DNA of 64,000 bases from an uncultured Candidatus Rokubacteria bacterium (GCA_963762145.1 CAVXJS010000007.1:128001-192000); one strand, 5' to 3'. Counted from the stretch's first letter, positions 8,543-18,632 are shown. A program made the numbers and translations. Notes: a model not told the origin generated them from the sequence alone.

Positions 8543-10753
8543 ATGTTCATCCACCGTCTCACCTTCGCGGTCGTCCTGCTGCTCGCGCCCGGCGTCTCTC
8601 CCGCGCGCGCCGGGCACGAGCTGCCGTTCTATCCCGGCTACTACCCGCAGGAGATCCGCATCGAGGCGCTTGTCCCCGCCGCCGCGGTGCCGCCGCTCCG
8701 CAACGGCACGCTCCACGCGTACGTCGGCGGCGACCCCTTCGCGGGCGGCCGGCTCCCCGCCCATGTCACCGCGGTTGAGTCGCTCGGGGGCTACCTGGTG
8801 GCGCGCTTCAACCCGGCGCCGCCGGACGCCGAGGGCCGCTGCGCGGCCGCCGCGCGTGCCGGCCGGGGCCTGGGCGGCCCGCGCGCCGGCCGTGTCGCGC
8901 ACCCCTACGCGATCACGCCCTATCACGCCGACTACCTGCAGCACTGGGATCTCGCCCAGGCCGCGCGCAAGGCGGCCGAGACGGCGCCCGCGGGCCCGCC
9001 GCCCCGGCCGGTGGCCGTCGAGGAGGTCGACCTCCAGAGCCTGCTGGCCGCGCGCACCATCGGGGCGGGGGGAACCTTCGCGCCGCCCTGGCTCAAGGAC
9101 GGGTGGTTCCACGCCTACCTGCTCCAGGCGCCCGCCATCACGGACCCGGCCGCTCGCCAGATCGTCGAGGGGCTCTACCGGCGGCTCGTGACGCTCGCCT
9201 ACGACGGCGCGGCGGAGCGCGCGGAGCTCGAGCGCCGGCTCGTCCAGCAGCTCGCGGCCGGGTGCGAGCGCCCGGTGCTGGGCTACACGGTGCGGCGCGA
9301 GCCTTTCAACTCGGAGTTCTCGCAGGGCATCGAGAACATCGGCTGGGATTCCCAGCGGGGCTTCAACTCCGAGATCTTCGTGCGCACCGCCAAGCTCAAG
9401 GATTTTCCGTGGAACGGGTGGCTCAGGGTCGGCGTCGCCGGGCGCCCCACCGCGGCGTGGAACCCGGTCGCCGGCTTCACCGACGCGCCCGGCCGGCTCC
9501 TGTGGGCCGCCATCGGTGATCCGGGGCTGATCCCGGCGCCCTATGCGGCCGGCTTCGTGCCCCATCGCGCGGTGCCCGCCCAGGTGACGGTGGCGGGCCC
9601 ACCGGGGATCGAGATCCCCGAGGACGCGCTGCTGCCGGAGCCCGGCACCGGGGCGCTGCTACCGGTGGGGAAGGGGAAGACCGCGAAGGCCCGCGTGACC
9701 TACCGGCTCTGGGGCTCGGCGGCTCACGACAACACGCGCGTCTCGGCGGCCGACGCGCTCTATCCCTACGTCTTCGCCGCGCGCTGGAGCGCCCGCCGCG
9801 CGCCCGGCCACGTCGAGCACGATCCGGCGATCGAGGCCGCCACCGAGACCGCGCGTCAGGCCCTGGTCGGAGTGCGGGTGGTGAAGGTGGACAGCGAGGT
9901 GCGCCGCTACAGCGACATCACCTTCACCTACGTGGTGCCGGTGGTCGAGGTCTACCTCAACGCGGCCGGCGGCGACGCCGAGCTGGCCGCGCTGGCGCCG
10001 CCGTGGAGCGCCACGCCCTGGCACGTGATGGTGCTGATGGAGGAAGCGGTCAAGCGGGGGGTCGGCGCCTTCTCGGCCGCGGAGGCCCGCCGCCGCGGGG
10101 TGCGCTGGCTGGATCTCGCCCGCGACCCGAAGACGCGCGAGGAGCTCGGCGCGATCCTGGGCGGCCTCGCGAAGGAGAACCACGTGCCGGAGCCGCTCAG
10201 GCGGCTGGTGGCGGCCGACGAGGCGCAGACGCGCTGGGCCGCGCTGCGCGGGTTCGCGCAGCGCCGGGGGCACTACCTCGTGACGAACGGGCCCTACCAG
10301 CTCGAGAAGTGGACGGACGGGGCGGTCGTGCTCGGCGTGTTCCGGGACATGAACAACCCGCTCGGGGTCGGGAGCTACGATCGCTTCGCCATCCCGCGGC
10401 GTGCCTACGTCGCGCGCATCACCGCGCGCGGCGATCGGCTCGAGGTCGCGGCGGAGATCGAGCGGCTGGAGAAGTTCCTGCGGGAATACCGTCTGGTCCG
10501 CGAGCCGCTGGGCTCCCGCGGCGAGGAGGAGCGGCCCGATCTGCCCGCCTGCCGGTATGTGATCCTGGGCGCCGACGGCACGGTGGCCGCGGCCGGGGTG
10601 TCCCGCGACGTGCAGGCTCATCGCCTGATCGTGGACCTCAGAGGCCGGCTCAAGCCGGGCGCCTACACCGCCCTGGTGGCCCTGACCCTGGGCGACAACC
10701 TCGTCGGCCCGGAGGTGGCGACCGCGCAGTTCCGGGTTGATGCGGCGCCATGA
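8543..10753 (+). CDS. Exported hypothetical protein, possibly family-5 SBP-like
   Basis: Signal peptide (ARA-G); HDNTRVSAADALY and TNGPYQL resemble family-5 SBP motifs; 736 aa. Confidence 0.6.
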   Translation: MFIHRLTFAVVLLLAPGVSPARAGHELPFYPGYYPQEIRIEALVPAAAVPPLRNGTLHAYVGGDPFAGGRLPAHVTAVESLGGYLVARFNPAPPDAEGRCAAAARAGRGLGGPRAGRVAHPYAITPYHADYLQHWDLAQAARKAAETAPAGPPPRPVAVEEVDLQSLLAARTIGAGGTFAPPWLKDGWFHAYLLQAPAITDPAARQIVEGLYRRLVTLAYDGAAERAELERRLVQQLAAGCERPVLGYTVRREPFNSEFSQGIENIGWDSQRGFNSEIFVRTAKLKDFPWNGWLRVGVAGRPTAAWNPVAGFTDAPGRLLWAAIGDPGLIPAPYAAGFVPHRAVPAQVTVAGPPGIEIPEDALLPEPGTGALLPVGKGKTAKARVTYRLWGSAAHDNTRVSAADALYPYVFAARWSARRAPGHVEHDPAIEAATETARQALVGVRVVKVDSEVRRYSDITFTYVVPVVEVYLNAAGGDAELAALAPPWSATPWHVMVLMEEAVKRGVGAFSAAEARRRGVRWLDLARDPKTREELGAILGGLAKENHVPEPLRRLVAADEAQTRWAALRGFAQRRGHYLVTNGPYQLEKWTDGAVVLGVFRDMNNPLGVGSYDRFAIPRRAYVARITARGDRLEVAAEIERLEKFLREYRLVREPLGSRGEEERPDLPACRYVILGADGTVAAAGVSRDVQAHRLIVDLRGRLKPGAYTALVALTLGDNLVGPEVATAQFRVDAAP

Positions 10754-10776
10754 ACTAGGGCATCTTATCGGGGCTC

Positions 10777-11658
10777 ATGGACACCCTGGTGGTCCACGTC
10801 CTCAACGCCCTCCTCTACGCGTCGGTGATGTTCCTGATCGCGGGCGGGCTCAGCCTGATCTACGGGGTCATGCGCATCGTCAACCTCGCGCACGGCAACC
10901 TCTACGCCTTCGGTGCCTACGTGACCGCGTGGGCAGTGGGGCGCGCGCTCGGCGGCGCCACCGAGGCGAGCATCTGGATGTACGCGCTCCTGCCGATCGG
11001 AGCGCTGGCCGCCGCCGCGCTCGGCGCGGTGCTCGAGCCGACGCTCCTGCGGCCGCTCTATCGTCGCGCCGAGGAGTATCAGCTCCTCATCACCTTCGGG
11101 CTGCTCCTGATCCTGGAAGACCTCATGCGCCTCATCTGGGGTCCGTATCCGCTGCAGGCGAGCGCGCTCTACGAAGGCCTCGGCAGCCTCACCTTCGGCG
11201 AGTCCATCTACCCGACCTACAACCTGGTGGTCATCGTCATCGGCGCCGCCGCCGCCGCCGGGCTCTGGGCCTTCGTCTACCGTACCCAGTTCGGGGTGGT
11301 GCTGCGGGCGACGTCCCAGAACATGCGCATGGCCTCCGCCCTCGGGGTCAACGTCAACCGCGTCTACGTGCAGGCCTTCACGCTCGGCTGCTTCATGGCG
11401 GGCCTCGGCGGCTCGGTGATCGTGCCCCAGCAGGGCGCGGTGCTCGGCATGGGGGTGGACGCCCTGATCCTCGCCTTCGTGGTGGTGGTGATCGGCGGAC
11501 TCGGCAGCCTCGAGGGCGCGCTGATCGGCGCGCTCATGGTGGGCTTCGTGCGCGAGGCCGGCATCACATTCTTCCCGGAGATCGAGCTGGCCGTGCTCTA
11601 CCTGATGGCGGCCGCGGTGCTCATGATCCGTCCCGCGGGCATCCTGGGCCGCGCATGA
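10777..11658 (+). CDS. livH: Branched-chain amino acid ABC permease (LivH-type)
   Basis: GLSLIYGVMRIVNLAHG, GGLGS and RPAGI motifs. Confidence 0.9.
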   Translation: MDTLVVHVLNALLYASVMFLIAGGLSLIYGVMRIVNLAHGNLYAFGAYVTAWAVGRALGGATEASIWMYALLPIGALAAAALGAVLEPTLLRPLYRRAEEYQLLITFGLLLILEDLMRLIWGPYPLQASALYEGLGSLTFGESIYPTYNLVVIVIGAAAAAGLWAFVYRTQFGVVLRATSQNMRMASALGVNVNRVYVQAFTLGCFMAGLGGSVIVPQQGAVLGMGVDALILAFVVVVIGGLGSLEGALIGALMVGFVREAGITFFPEIELAVLYLMAAAVLMIRPAGILGRA

Positions 11659-11671
11659 ACCCGGGGACATG

Positions 11672-12652
11672 ATGGCGATGACGGGTCCGCCGCGGCGCGT
11701 GCTCGCCTGGTCGGCGCCCGTCCTGCTCGCCCTGATCGTCCTGCCCTACGTGGTCCCGCCGTATCAGACCGTGCTGCTCACGTACGGCCTGGTCTTCGCG
11801 ATCGCCGCGCTCGGCTTCAACCTGCTGCTGGGCTACACCGGCCTGCTGTCCTTCGGCCACTCCGCCTACTTCGGCATGGGCGCCTACGCGGTGGCCTTCA
11901 TCGTGAAGTACCTCAAGCTCGAGTCGATGGAGGCCTTTCTCCTGGGCGGCATCCTCGCTTCGGGGGCGGTGGCCGCCCTCTTCGGGCTGCTCTGCGTGCG
12001 CTACACCAAGATCTTCTTCGGCATCCTGACGATGGCGCTGTCCCAGGTCCTGTGGAGCCTCGCGTTCAAGTTCTTCTGGGTGACCGGCGGCAGCGACGGG
12101 CTCCGGGTGCCCACGCCCACCCTGCTCGGCGGGCTCGTGCGGGCGGGCGGCGACAAGTTCGAGTTCCTCTCCCACCGCTACTACTTCTACGTCCTCGCGG
12201 TCTTCGTGATCTGCGTGGCCGTGATGTGGGTCATCGTGCACTCGCCCTTCGGGAAGGCGCTCCAGGCGATCCGCGACAACGAGACGCGCGCCGAGTTCGT
12301 GGGGGTGCAGGTCTGGCACTATCGCTGGGTCGCCTTCCTGATCTCCGGGATCTTCACCGGACTGGCCGGCGCGCTGTGGGTGCCGCTCAACGGGCTCACC
12401 ACTCCCGACATCCTGCACTGGACCTTCTCGGGCAAGATGGTCTTCTTCACGGTGCTGGGCGGCTTCCAGACCTTCTTCGGGCCGATCATCGGCGCGATCA
12501 TCTTCAACTACCTCGAGACGTACGCGGTGGGTCACACCGTGTACTGGCAGATGGTCCTGGGCATCGTGCTGGTGGTGCTGGTGCTGGCCCTGCCCGCGGG
12601 GATCGTGGGGACGGTGCGGCGCCTCGCGGTGCGCCCGGCCAAGGCGGTCTGA
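11672..12652 (+). CDS. livM: Branched-chain amino acid ABC permease (LivM-type)
   Basis: GYTGLLSFGHSAYFG, TGGSDG and AIRDNE motifs. Confidence 0.9.
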   Translation: MAMTGPPRRVLAWSAPVLLALIVLPYVVPPYQTVLLTYGLVFAIAALGFNLLLGYTGLLSFGHSAYFGMGAYAVAFIVKYLKLESMEAFLLGGILASGAVAALFGLLCVRYTKIFFGILTMALSQVLWSLAFKFFWVTGGSDGLRVPTPTLLGGLVRAGGDKFEFLSHRYYFYVLAVFVICVAVMWVIVHSPFGKALQAIRDNETRAEFVGVQVWHYRWVAFLISGIFTGLAGALWVPLNGLTTPDILHWTFSGKMVFFTVLGGFQTFFGPIIGAIIFNYLETYAVGHTVYWQMVLGIVLVVLVLALPAGIVGTVRRLAVRPAKAV

Positions 12653-12654
12653 GC

Positions 12655-13407
12655 GTGGACATCCTCAAGACCACCCAGCTCAGCAAGTCCTTCGGCGAGA
12701 CCCACGCGGTGGATCACGTGGACTTCGCGGTGACCGCCGGAGAGGTGCTCGCCCTCATCGGCTCGAACGGCGCGGGGAAGACGACGCTGATCAACCTGAT
12801 CAGCGGCCTCATCCCGCCCGATTCCGGGCGCATCGAGTTCCAGGGCGCCGACATCACGCGGGCCTCGGTCCACCGGAAGATCGAGCTGGGCATCGCGCGC
12901 AGCTTCCAGCTCGTCAACCTCTTCGACCAGCTCAGCGTGCACGACAACGTGACCCTGGCGATCTTCTCCCGCGAGGGCCGCACGCGGCGCCTGTTCCGGC
13001 TCGCCGCCGCCGACACCGCGGTGCGCGACGAGGCGGTGGCGGTGCTCAAGCAGTTCGGCCTCGACGCGCGCACCGGCTCGCCCGCGGGCGGCCTGTCCCA
13101 GGGAGAGCGCAAGCTGCTCGACGTCGCGGTCGCCTACGCGCTCCGGCCCAAGCTCCTCTTCCTGGACGAGCCGACCAGCGGGGTCAGCACGCGCGAGAAG
13201 GCCCCGATCATGGACATCATCACCGCGGTGGTCCGGTCGGGGGGCATCACCGCGGTCATCGTCGAGCACGACATGGACGTGGTGTTCACCTACTGTCCGC
13301 GGATCGTCGCCATGCACCAGGGCGCCATCCTGGCCGACGGTACCCCGGACCAGATCCGCAACCACCCGCAAGTGACCGCCAACCTGCTCGGCGCCCAGAC
13401 CGCCTGA
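12655..13407 (+). CDS. livG: ABC ATPase (LivG-type)
   Basis: GTG start; Walker A GSNGAGKT; LDEPTSG; IVEHDM. Confidence 0.9.
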   Translation: MDILKTTQLSKSFGETHAVDHVDFAVTAGEVLALIGSNGAGKTTLINLISGLIPPDSGRIEFQGADITRASVHRKIELGIARSFQLVNLFDQLSVHDNVTLAIFSREGRTRRLFRLAAADTAVRDEAVAVLKQFGLDARTGSPAGGLSQGERKLLDVAVAYALRPKLLFLDEPTSGVSTREKAPIMDIITAVVRSGGITAVIVEHDMDVVFTYCPRIVAMHQGAILADGTPDQIRNHPQVTANLLGAQTA

Positions 13408-13410
13408 GCC

Positions 13411-14130
13411 ATGCTCCAGATCGAGGGGCTGAACGTCTTCCGCGGGTCCGCCCAGGTGCTGCGGAACCTCGCGCTCACCGTCGGGGACCGCGAATCGGTG
13501 TGTCTGGTGGGGCGCAACGGCGCGGGCAAGACGACCACCATCGACGGCATCATGGGGTTGCTGCCGGTGCGCAGCGGCCGGGTCGTCCTCGGGGGACGCG
13601 ATATCACGAAGCTGCCCACGCATCGGCGGGCGCTCGCGGGCATCGGCTACTCGCCGGAGGACGCGGGGATCTTCCCCGACCTGACGGTCGCCGAGAACTT
13701 CCAAATCAGCCAGTCGCTGGCCCGGTCGGCCGGGAAGGGGGGCGCGGTGGTCGCGAGCAGCGGGATCGACCAGCGCGTGCTGAGCCTCTTTCCGGAGATC
13801 GGTGACTTCACGGGCCGGCGGGGGCTCTTCCTCTCGGGGGGCCAGAAGAAGATGGTGGCGATCGGCCGGGCCATGACCCTCTCGCCGTCCATCCTGCTGC
13901 TGGACGAGCCGTTCGAGGGGCTCGCCCCGGTGGTGGTGAGCCGATTCATCGACGCGGTCAAGCAAATCAAGGCTTTGGGCATCTCCCTGCTGATCGCGGA
14001 GTCCAATCTGATGACTGCCTCCCGGGTGGCCGATCGGTTGTATGCTATCGACCGCGGGGAGATCATCTTCGAAGGAGAGCCGAGGCGTGCGTTCGAGGCC
14101 CCCGACGTCATGAAGACACTGCGCGGGTGA
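13411..14130 (+). CDS. livF: ABC ATPase (LivF-type)
   Basis: GRNGAGKT, LSGGQ and LLDEPFEGLAP motifs. Confidence 0.9.
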   Translation: MLQIEGLNVFRGSAQVLRNLALTVGDRESVCLVGRNGAGKTTTIDGIMGLLPVRSGRVVLGGRDITKLPTHRRALAGIGYSPEDAGIFPDLTVAENFQISQSLARSAGKGGAVVASSGIDQRVLSLFPEIGDFTGRRGLFLSGGQKKMVAIGRAMTLSPSILLLDEPFEGLAPVVVSRFIDAVKQIKALGISLLIAESNLMTASRVADRLYAIDRGEIIFEGEPRRAFEAPDVMKTLRG

Positions 14131-14477
14131 TGCTGGCCTTCCTGACTCCCACCCCGACTCCGGGCCGGGCCGCCGCGATCCTGCGGCGCGTCTTCGGCAG
14201 CCTCCCCGCCTCGTTCGCCTTCCGCCTCTGGGACGGCCAGGAGGTGCGGTTCGGCTCGGATCGGCCCGAGTGCATCGCGGTCATCAAGAGCCCGGAAACG
14301 TTCATCTCGCTGATCCGCGACCCGTCGCCGTACAATTTCGCCGAGGCCTACGTGCAGAGCCGGATCGACCTGGAAGGCGACATGTTCCGGGCGATGGAAG
14401 TGGCCAACGTGGTCGAGGACCTGAGGGTGACGCCGCTCCAGAAGCTGTCGATCCTGCTGTCACTGTGGAGGCGGTGA
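14130..14477 (+). CDS. Small protein resembling the N-terminal domain of CFA synthases
   Basis: FRLWDG and FAEAYV..RIDLEGD motifs typical of the Cfa N-terminal domain. Confidence 0.7.
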   Translation: MLAFLTPTPTPGRAAAILRRVFGSLPASFAFRLWDGQEVRFGSDRPECIAVIKSPETFISLIRDPSPYNFAEAYVQSRIDLEGDMFRAMEVANVVEDLRVTPLQKLSILLSLWRR

Positions 14478-15601
14478 TGGGCTACGACGCGATCGTGGTC
14501 GGGGGCGGGCCGGGCGGCAGCACCGCGGCCTGGCGGCTGGCGCTGGCGGGGCTGCGCCCGCTCGTCCTGGACGCGGCGGTTTTCCCACGGGTGAAGATCT
14601 GCGCGGGGTGGGTGACGCCCGAAGCGCTCGTCGATCTCGAGGTGGACCCCGACAAGTATCCCCGGACCATCCAGCCGTTCGACCAGTGCGTGCTGGAGTT
14701 CGCGGGCGCCCGCCACGAGACGGACTGGCGGCGGCCCACCAGCTACGGCATCATCCGTCGCGAGTTCGATCACTACCTGCTCGAGCGGGCGGCGGCCGCG
14801 GGCGCGGACGTGCGCTGGGGCGTCCGCGTCACCGACGTGGTCGAGCAGGGCGACCGGGTGCGCGTCGAGACCGAGCGGGGCGCCTTCGAGGCGCCGGTGG
14901 TGATCGGCGCGGGCGGTCACCGGTGCCCGGTCGCCCGCGTCCTCGGGCAGGTCTCCGGGCGCGAGGAGGTCGTGGTGGCGCAGGAGAGCGAGACGCGGCT
15001 GCCCCCCGAGTGGGTCGCGCGACTCGAGCCGTTCATGCACGCGCCCGAGCTCTACGTCGAGCCCGACCTGCGCGGCTACGGCTGGTACTTCCCCAAGCGC
15101 GACTTCATCAACATCGGCGTGGGCTGCACCCAGGGCGGCGACGGCAGCCTGCCCCGCCGGCGCGACGCCCTGCTGGCGTCTCTTCGCGCCTCCGGGCGGC
15201 TGCCGGACGGAGTGCCGCTCGAGCCGTTCAAGGGGCACGCGTACGTGGTGCGGCGCCAGGCGCCTCGCCGCCTGTCCGGCGCGCGCTTCTGTCTCATCGG
15301 CGACGCGGCCGGCCTCGCCCGTGATCTGTCGGGCGAGGGGATCGGGCCCGCCATCCGGAGCGGACGGCTGGCCGCGGAGGCGGTGACCGCGCTGGTCCGC
15401 CAGGGCACGCCGCTCGACGGCTACGCGCGCCAGATCGTGGCGCGCTACGGCCCCGGAGAGGTTGGCTGGCTCCGGCGAAAGCTCGCGAATCTTCCCGACG
15501 CGCTGGCTCGGGTCGGAGTCCGGGTGGTCCTGGGCTCCGAGGCGGCCCGTCGGCGGATCGTGTTCGATTCCATCTTCGGCATGCGAGAGGTGGCGCCATG
15601 A
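14477..15601 (+). CDS. Geranylgeranyl-reductase-family FAD-dependent oxidoreductase
   Basis: GGGPGG, FPRVKICAG, GYGWYFPK and GDAAG....SGEGI motifs. Confidence 0.88.
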   Translation: MGYDAIVVGGGPGGSTAAWRLALAGLRPLVLDAAVFPRVKICAGWVTPEALVDLEVDPDKYPRTIQPFDQCVLEFAGARHETDWRRPTSYGIIRREFDHYLLERAAAAGADVRWGVRVTDVVEQGDRVRVETERGAFEAPVVIGAGGHRCPVARVLGQVSGREEVVVAQESETRLPPEWVARLEPFMHAPELYVEPDLRGYGWYFPKRDFINIGVGCTQGGDGSLPRRRDALLASLRASGRLPDGVPLEPFKGHAYVVRRQAPRRLSGARFCLIGDAAGLARDLSGEGIGPAIRSGRLAAEAVTALVRQGTPLDGYARQIVARYGPGEVGWLRRKLANLPDALARVGVRVVLGSEAARRRIVFDSIFGMREVAP

Positions 15602-16500
15602 CGCAGGCTCGATCCAAGGAGCACGACGCCCGATCGATCGCGCACCACTACGACGTCTCGAACGACTTCTACGCGCTGTTCCTGGACCCGCTGATGGTCT
15701 ACACCTGCGCGTACTACCGCGATTCGGACGGCAAGCTCGAGCAGGCGCAGGAGGACAAGCTCGATCTGGTCTGCCGCAAGCTCCGCCTGCAGGCTGGTGA
15801 GCGCGTCCTCGACATCGGCTGCGGCTGGGGCGGCTTCAGCATCTGGGCCGCCCAGCACTACGGCGTACACGCCCACGGCGTCACGCTCTCGAGGAAGCAG
15901 GCCGAGTGGGCGGCCGCGAGGATCAAGCGCGAGGGGCTCGAGGACCGGTGCCTGGTCGAGTACCGCGACGTCCGCGACCTGCCCGCGGAGGTGCGCTACG
16001 ACAAGATCGCGGCCATCGGGGTCATCGAGCACGTGGGCATCCCCAACTACCCGGCCTTCTTCGGGCGGGTGAAGGACATGCTGGTGGACGGGGGCCTGTA
16101 CCTCAACCACGGCATCCACCACGAGTTCCACTGGAAGCGCACGAGCCAGACCGACTTCCTCTATCGCCACGTCTTCCCCAACGGCGATCTGTCCGGCGTG
16201 ACCGAGACGCTCACCGAGATGGAGCGCGCGGGCTGGGAGCTGCTGGACCTGGAGAACCTGCGGCCGCACTACGCGCGCACGTGCCGGCAGTGGGCGGAGC
16301 GTCTCAAGGCTCGCGCGGACGAGGCGCGCGCGATCGTGGGCGAGCAGGTCTACCGGACCTGGCTGCTGTACCTCACGTGCTCGTCGGCGGCCTTCGCGAC
16401 CGGCTCGATCGGCCTCTACCAGGTCCTGATGCAGAAGCAGTGGGACCAGACACGCGGGATCGCGCCGACCACCCGCGAGGGCATTTACACCGGCTGGTAA
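15598..16500 (+). CDS. Cyclopropane-fatty-acyl-phospholipid synthase family SAM methyltransferase (catalytic domain)
   Basis: HYDVSNDFY, YTCAY, LDIGCGWG, EHVG and HYART motifs. Confidence 0.92.
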   Translation: MTQARSKEHDARSIAHHYDVSNDFYALFLDPLMVYTCAYYRDSDGKLEQAQEDKLDLVCRKLRLQAGERVLDIGCGWGGFSIWAAQHYGVHAHGVTLSRKQAEWAAARIKREGLEDRCLVEYRDVRDLPAEVRYDKIAAIGVIEHVGIPNYPAFFGRVKDMLVDGGLYLNHGIHHEFHWKRTSQTDFLYRHVFPNGDLSGVTETLTEMERAGWELLDLENLRPHYARTCRQWAERLKARADEARAIVGEQVYRTWLLYLTCSSAAFATGSIGLYQVLMQKQWDQTRGIAPTTREGIYTGW

Positions 16501-16515
16501 TTCTCGCCGCCGCGG

Positions 16516-16971
16516 CTAGCCGCGCGCGAGGATCTGGTCGATCTCGTCCAGGTGCTCGCGCCGATGCTCGGCGCGGAGCACGCTGATCGGGTGGCCCGCG
16601 GCCGCGTTCGCCGCGAGCTGCGCCTCCGACAGGCCCGCCACGCGCTCGTCCGCGGCGACCGCCGCCTCCACCGCGATCCGCGCCGCGACGCGTGGGGGGA
16701 GAGCCAGGCAGAGCGGTTTGCCCGCGTCGTTGACCCAGTCCACCGAGGTCTCGTCGATGGCGGGCGGCGGGGTGCCGCGTCCGCCGGCCCAGCGGTCGAT
16801 CAGGGTCACGACCCGCTCGTCCCAGAAGGCGAGGTGGGCCAGGACGCCGGCCACCGTCCATCCGGCCTCCATGGGCCCGGCGAGCTGCTGGTCGTTGAGC
16901 TTCTCGGTGAGGGCGCGGAGCCGCTCGAGCTGCGCCCGGTTCTCGGCCACGTAGGATCGATCCGCCGCCAT
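16516..16971 (-). CDS. DinB/MDMPI N-terminal-like protein
   Basis: GWTVAGVLAHLAFWD and C-terminal HRREH; AAGGGAGG RBS. Confidence 0.8.
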   Translation of the reverse strand: MAADRSYVAENRAQLERLRALTEKLNDQQLAGPMEAGWTVAGVLAHLAFWDERVVTLIDRWAGGRGTPPPAIDETSVDWVNDAGKPLCLALPPRVAARIAVEAAVAADERVAGLSEAQLAANAAAGHPISVLRAEHRREHLDEIDQILARG

Positions 16972-17091
16972 GGACGTTCCTCCCTTGGGATCTGATGTTG
17001 GACCCGCGCCATTGTGACACCGGCCGAGGGCGCGTGTGAAGGGCCGGTCGGTTGCCGCCCCCGGCCGATTCATGTTACACACGCCAGAGCG

Positions 17092-18621
17092 ATGGACGTT
17101 CTCGCCGCGCACGCCGCCCGTCATCCCGACAAGCCGGCTCTCCTCGAAGGTGAGCGCGCCTGGAGCTGGGGCGAGCTCGTCGCGCGGCGCAACCGGCTGG
17201 GCCACGGCCTCATCGGCCTGGGGCTGCCGCCCGGCGGCCACGTCATCGTGTACGCGGAGAACTCGCTGGAGCACTACCTGGCCGGCGCGGCCGCGCGCGC
17301 GGCCGGGCTCATCCCCGCGCCGATGAATCATCGGCTGGTGGCCGAGGAGGCCCTCTACATCCTCGATCACTCCGACGCGGTCGCGGTGCTGGTGAGCGAT
17401 CGCTTCCTGCCCATGGCGGAGGCCATCCGCGCCCAGGCCGGGAAGGTGCGCCAGTGGATCCTGCTGGGATCGGAGCGCCGGCCCTGGGGCGTGCACGTGG
17501 ACGACCTGCTGGCCGCGGGGCGGCCCGATCCGGTGGAGCCCCGGGGCGGCGAGGGCTTCGGCGCGTCCATCATCTACACCGGCGGGACCACCGGGAAGCC
17601 CAAGGGGGCCCTGCGCCGCGGGATCAATCCTCAGGATCTGATGGACACGCTGCGGGCGATGGATCTGCTCGACCCGGCCCACGTGCACCTGGTGGCCGGG
17701 CCCATGTACCACTCGGCGCCGGGCGGCCTCGCGCTCTACACCCATCTGGTCGGCGGCACCGTGGTCATCATGCCGAAGTTCGATCCGGAGCAGGCGCTGG
17801 CCGAGATCGAGCGCCACCGGTGCACCAGCACCTTCATGGCCCCGACGCTGCTCAAGCGGATCGTGGACCTGCCCGCCGCGGTCCGGGCGCGGTACGACGT
17901 GTCCTCGATGCGCGCGATCATCATGGCGGCGGCGCCGTGCCCGATGAGCGTGAAGGAGGGGGTGGTGGCGCACTTCGGGCCCGCGCTGTACGAGTTCTAC
18001 GGCTCGAGCGAGCTCGGGGTGAACACGGTGCTGCGGCCGGAGGACGTGCTGCGCAAGCCGGGCTCCTGCGGGCGCGCGGCGCCGGGCAAGGAGATCGCGC
18101 TGCTCGACGACGACGGCCGGCCGGTGCCGACCGGGCAGCCGGGCGAGCTCTACGTGCGCCGGTTCCCCGGCATCCTCGACGAGTACTATCGCGATCCGGT
18201 CGCGACCGAGAAGATGCGCCGCGGGGACTGGTACACGGTGGGCGACGTGGCCTACGTGGACGCGGACGGCTTCTACTACATCTGCGACCGCAAGCGCGAC
18301 ATGATCATCTCGGCGGGCGTCAACATCTACCCGGCCGAGATCGAGGACGTGCTGCACCGCCACCCGAAAGTGCTCGACGCCGCCGTCTTCGGGGTGCCCG
18401 ACGACGAGTGGGGCGAGCGTGTGCACGCGGCCGTCCACGTGCGTCCCGGCGAGGCCCTCACCGCCGAGGCCATCACCGCGTTTTGCCGGGAGCACATGGC
18501 CGGCTACAAGGTGCCCCGCGAGGTCTCCTTCCACGACGACTTCCCGCGCGACGCGGCGGGCAAGCTGCTCAAGCGCCAGCTCCGCGAGCCTCACTGGGCC
18601 GGGCGCGTGTCGCGCGTCTAG
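17092..18621 (+). CDS. AMP-binding acyl-CoA synthetase
   Basis: YTGGTTGKPKG, FYGSSE, DRKRDMIISAGVNIYP and GK motifs. Confidence 0.93.
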   Translation: MDVLAAHAARHPDKPALLEGERAWSWGELVARRNRLGHGLIGLGLPPGGHVIVYAENSLEHYLAGAAARAAGLIPAPMNHRLVAEEALYILDHSDAVAVLVSDRFLPMAEAIRAQAGKVRQWILLGSERRPWGVHVDDLLAAGRPDPVEPRGGEGFGASIIYTGGTTGKPKGALRRGINPQDLMDTLRAMDLLDPAHVHLVAGPMYHSAPGGLALYTHLVGGTVVIMPKFDPEQALAEIERHRCTSTFMAPTLLKRIVDLPAAVRARYDVSSMRAIIMAAAPCPMSVKEGVVAHFGPALYEFYGSSELGVNTVLRPEDVLRKPGSCGRAAPGKEIALLDDDGRPVPTGQPGELYVRRFPGILDEYYRDPVATEKMRRGDWYTVGDVAYVDADGFYYICDRKRDMIISAGVNIYPAEIEDVLHRHPKVLDAAVFGVPDDEWGERVHAAVHVRPGEALTAEAITAFCREHMAGYKVPREVSFHDDFPRDAAGKLLKRQLREPHWAGRVSRV

Positions 18622-18632
18622 GACCCGCCCGC

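Noticed and set aside
6137-9565. Very long antisense or alternative-frame ORFs (e.g. 1142 aa here, 34732-37398, 60993-63923)
   Set aside because: Shadow ORFs expected at high GC. They are Arg/Gly/Pro-rich and overlap well-supported genes.
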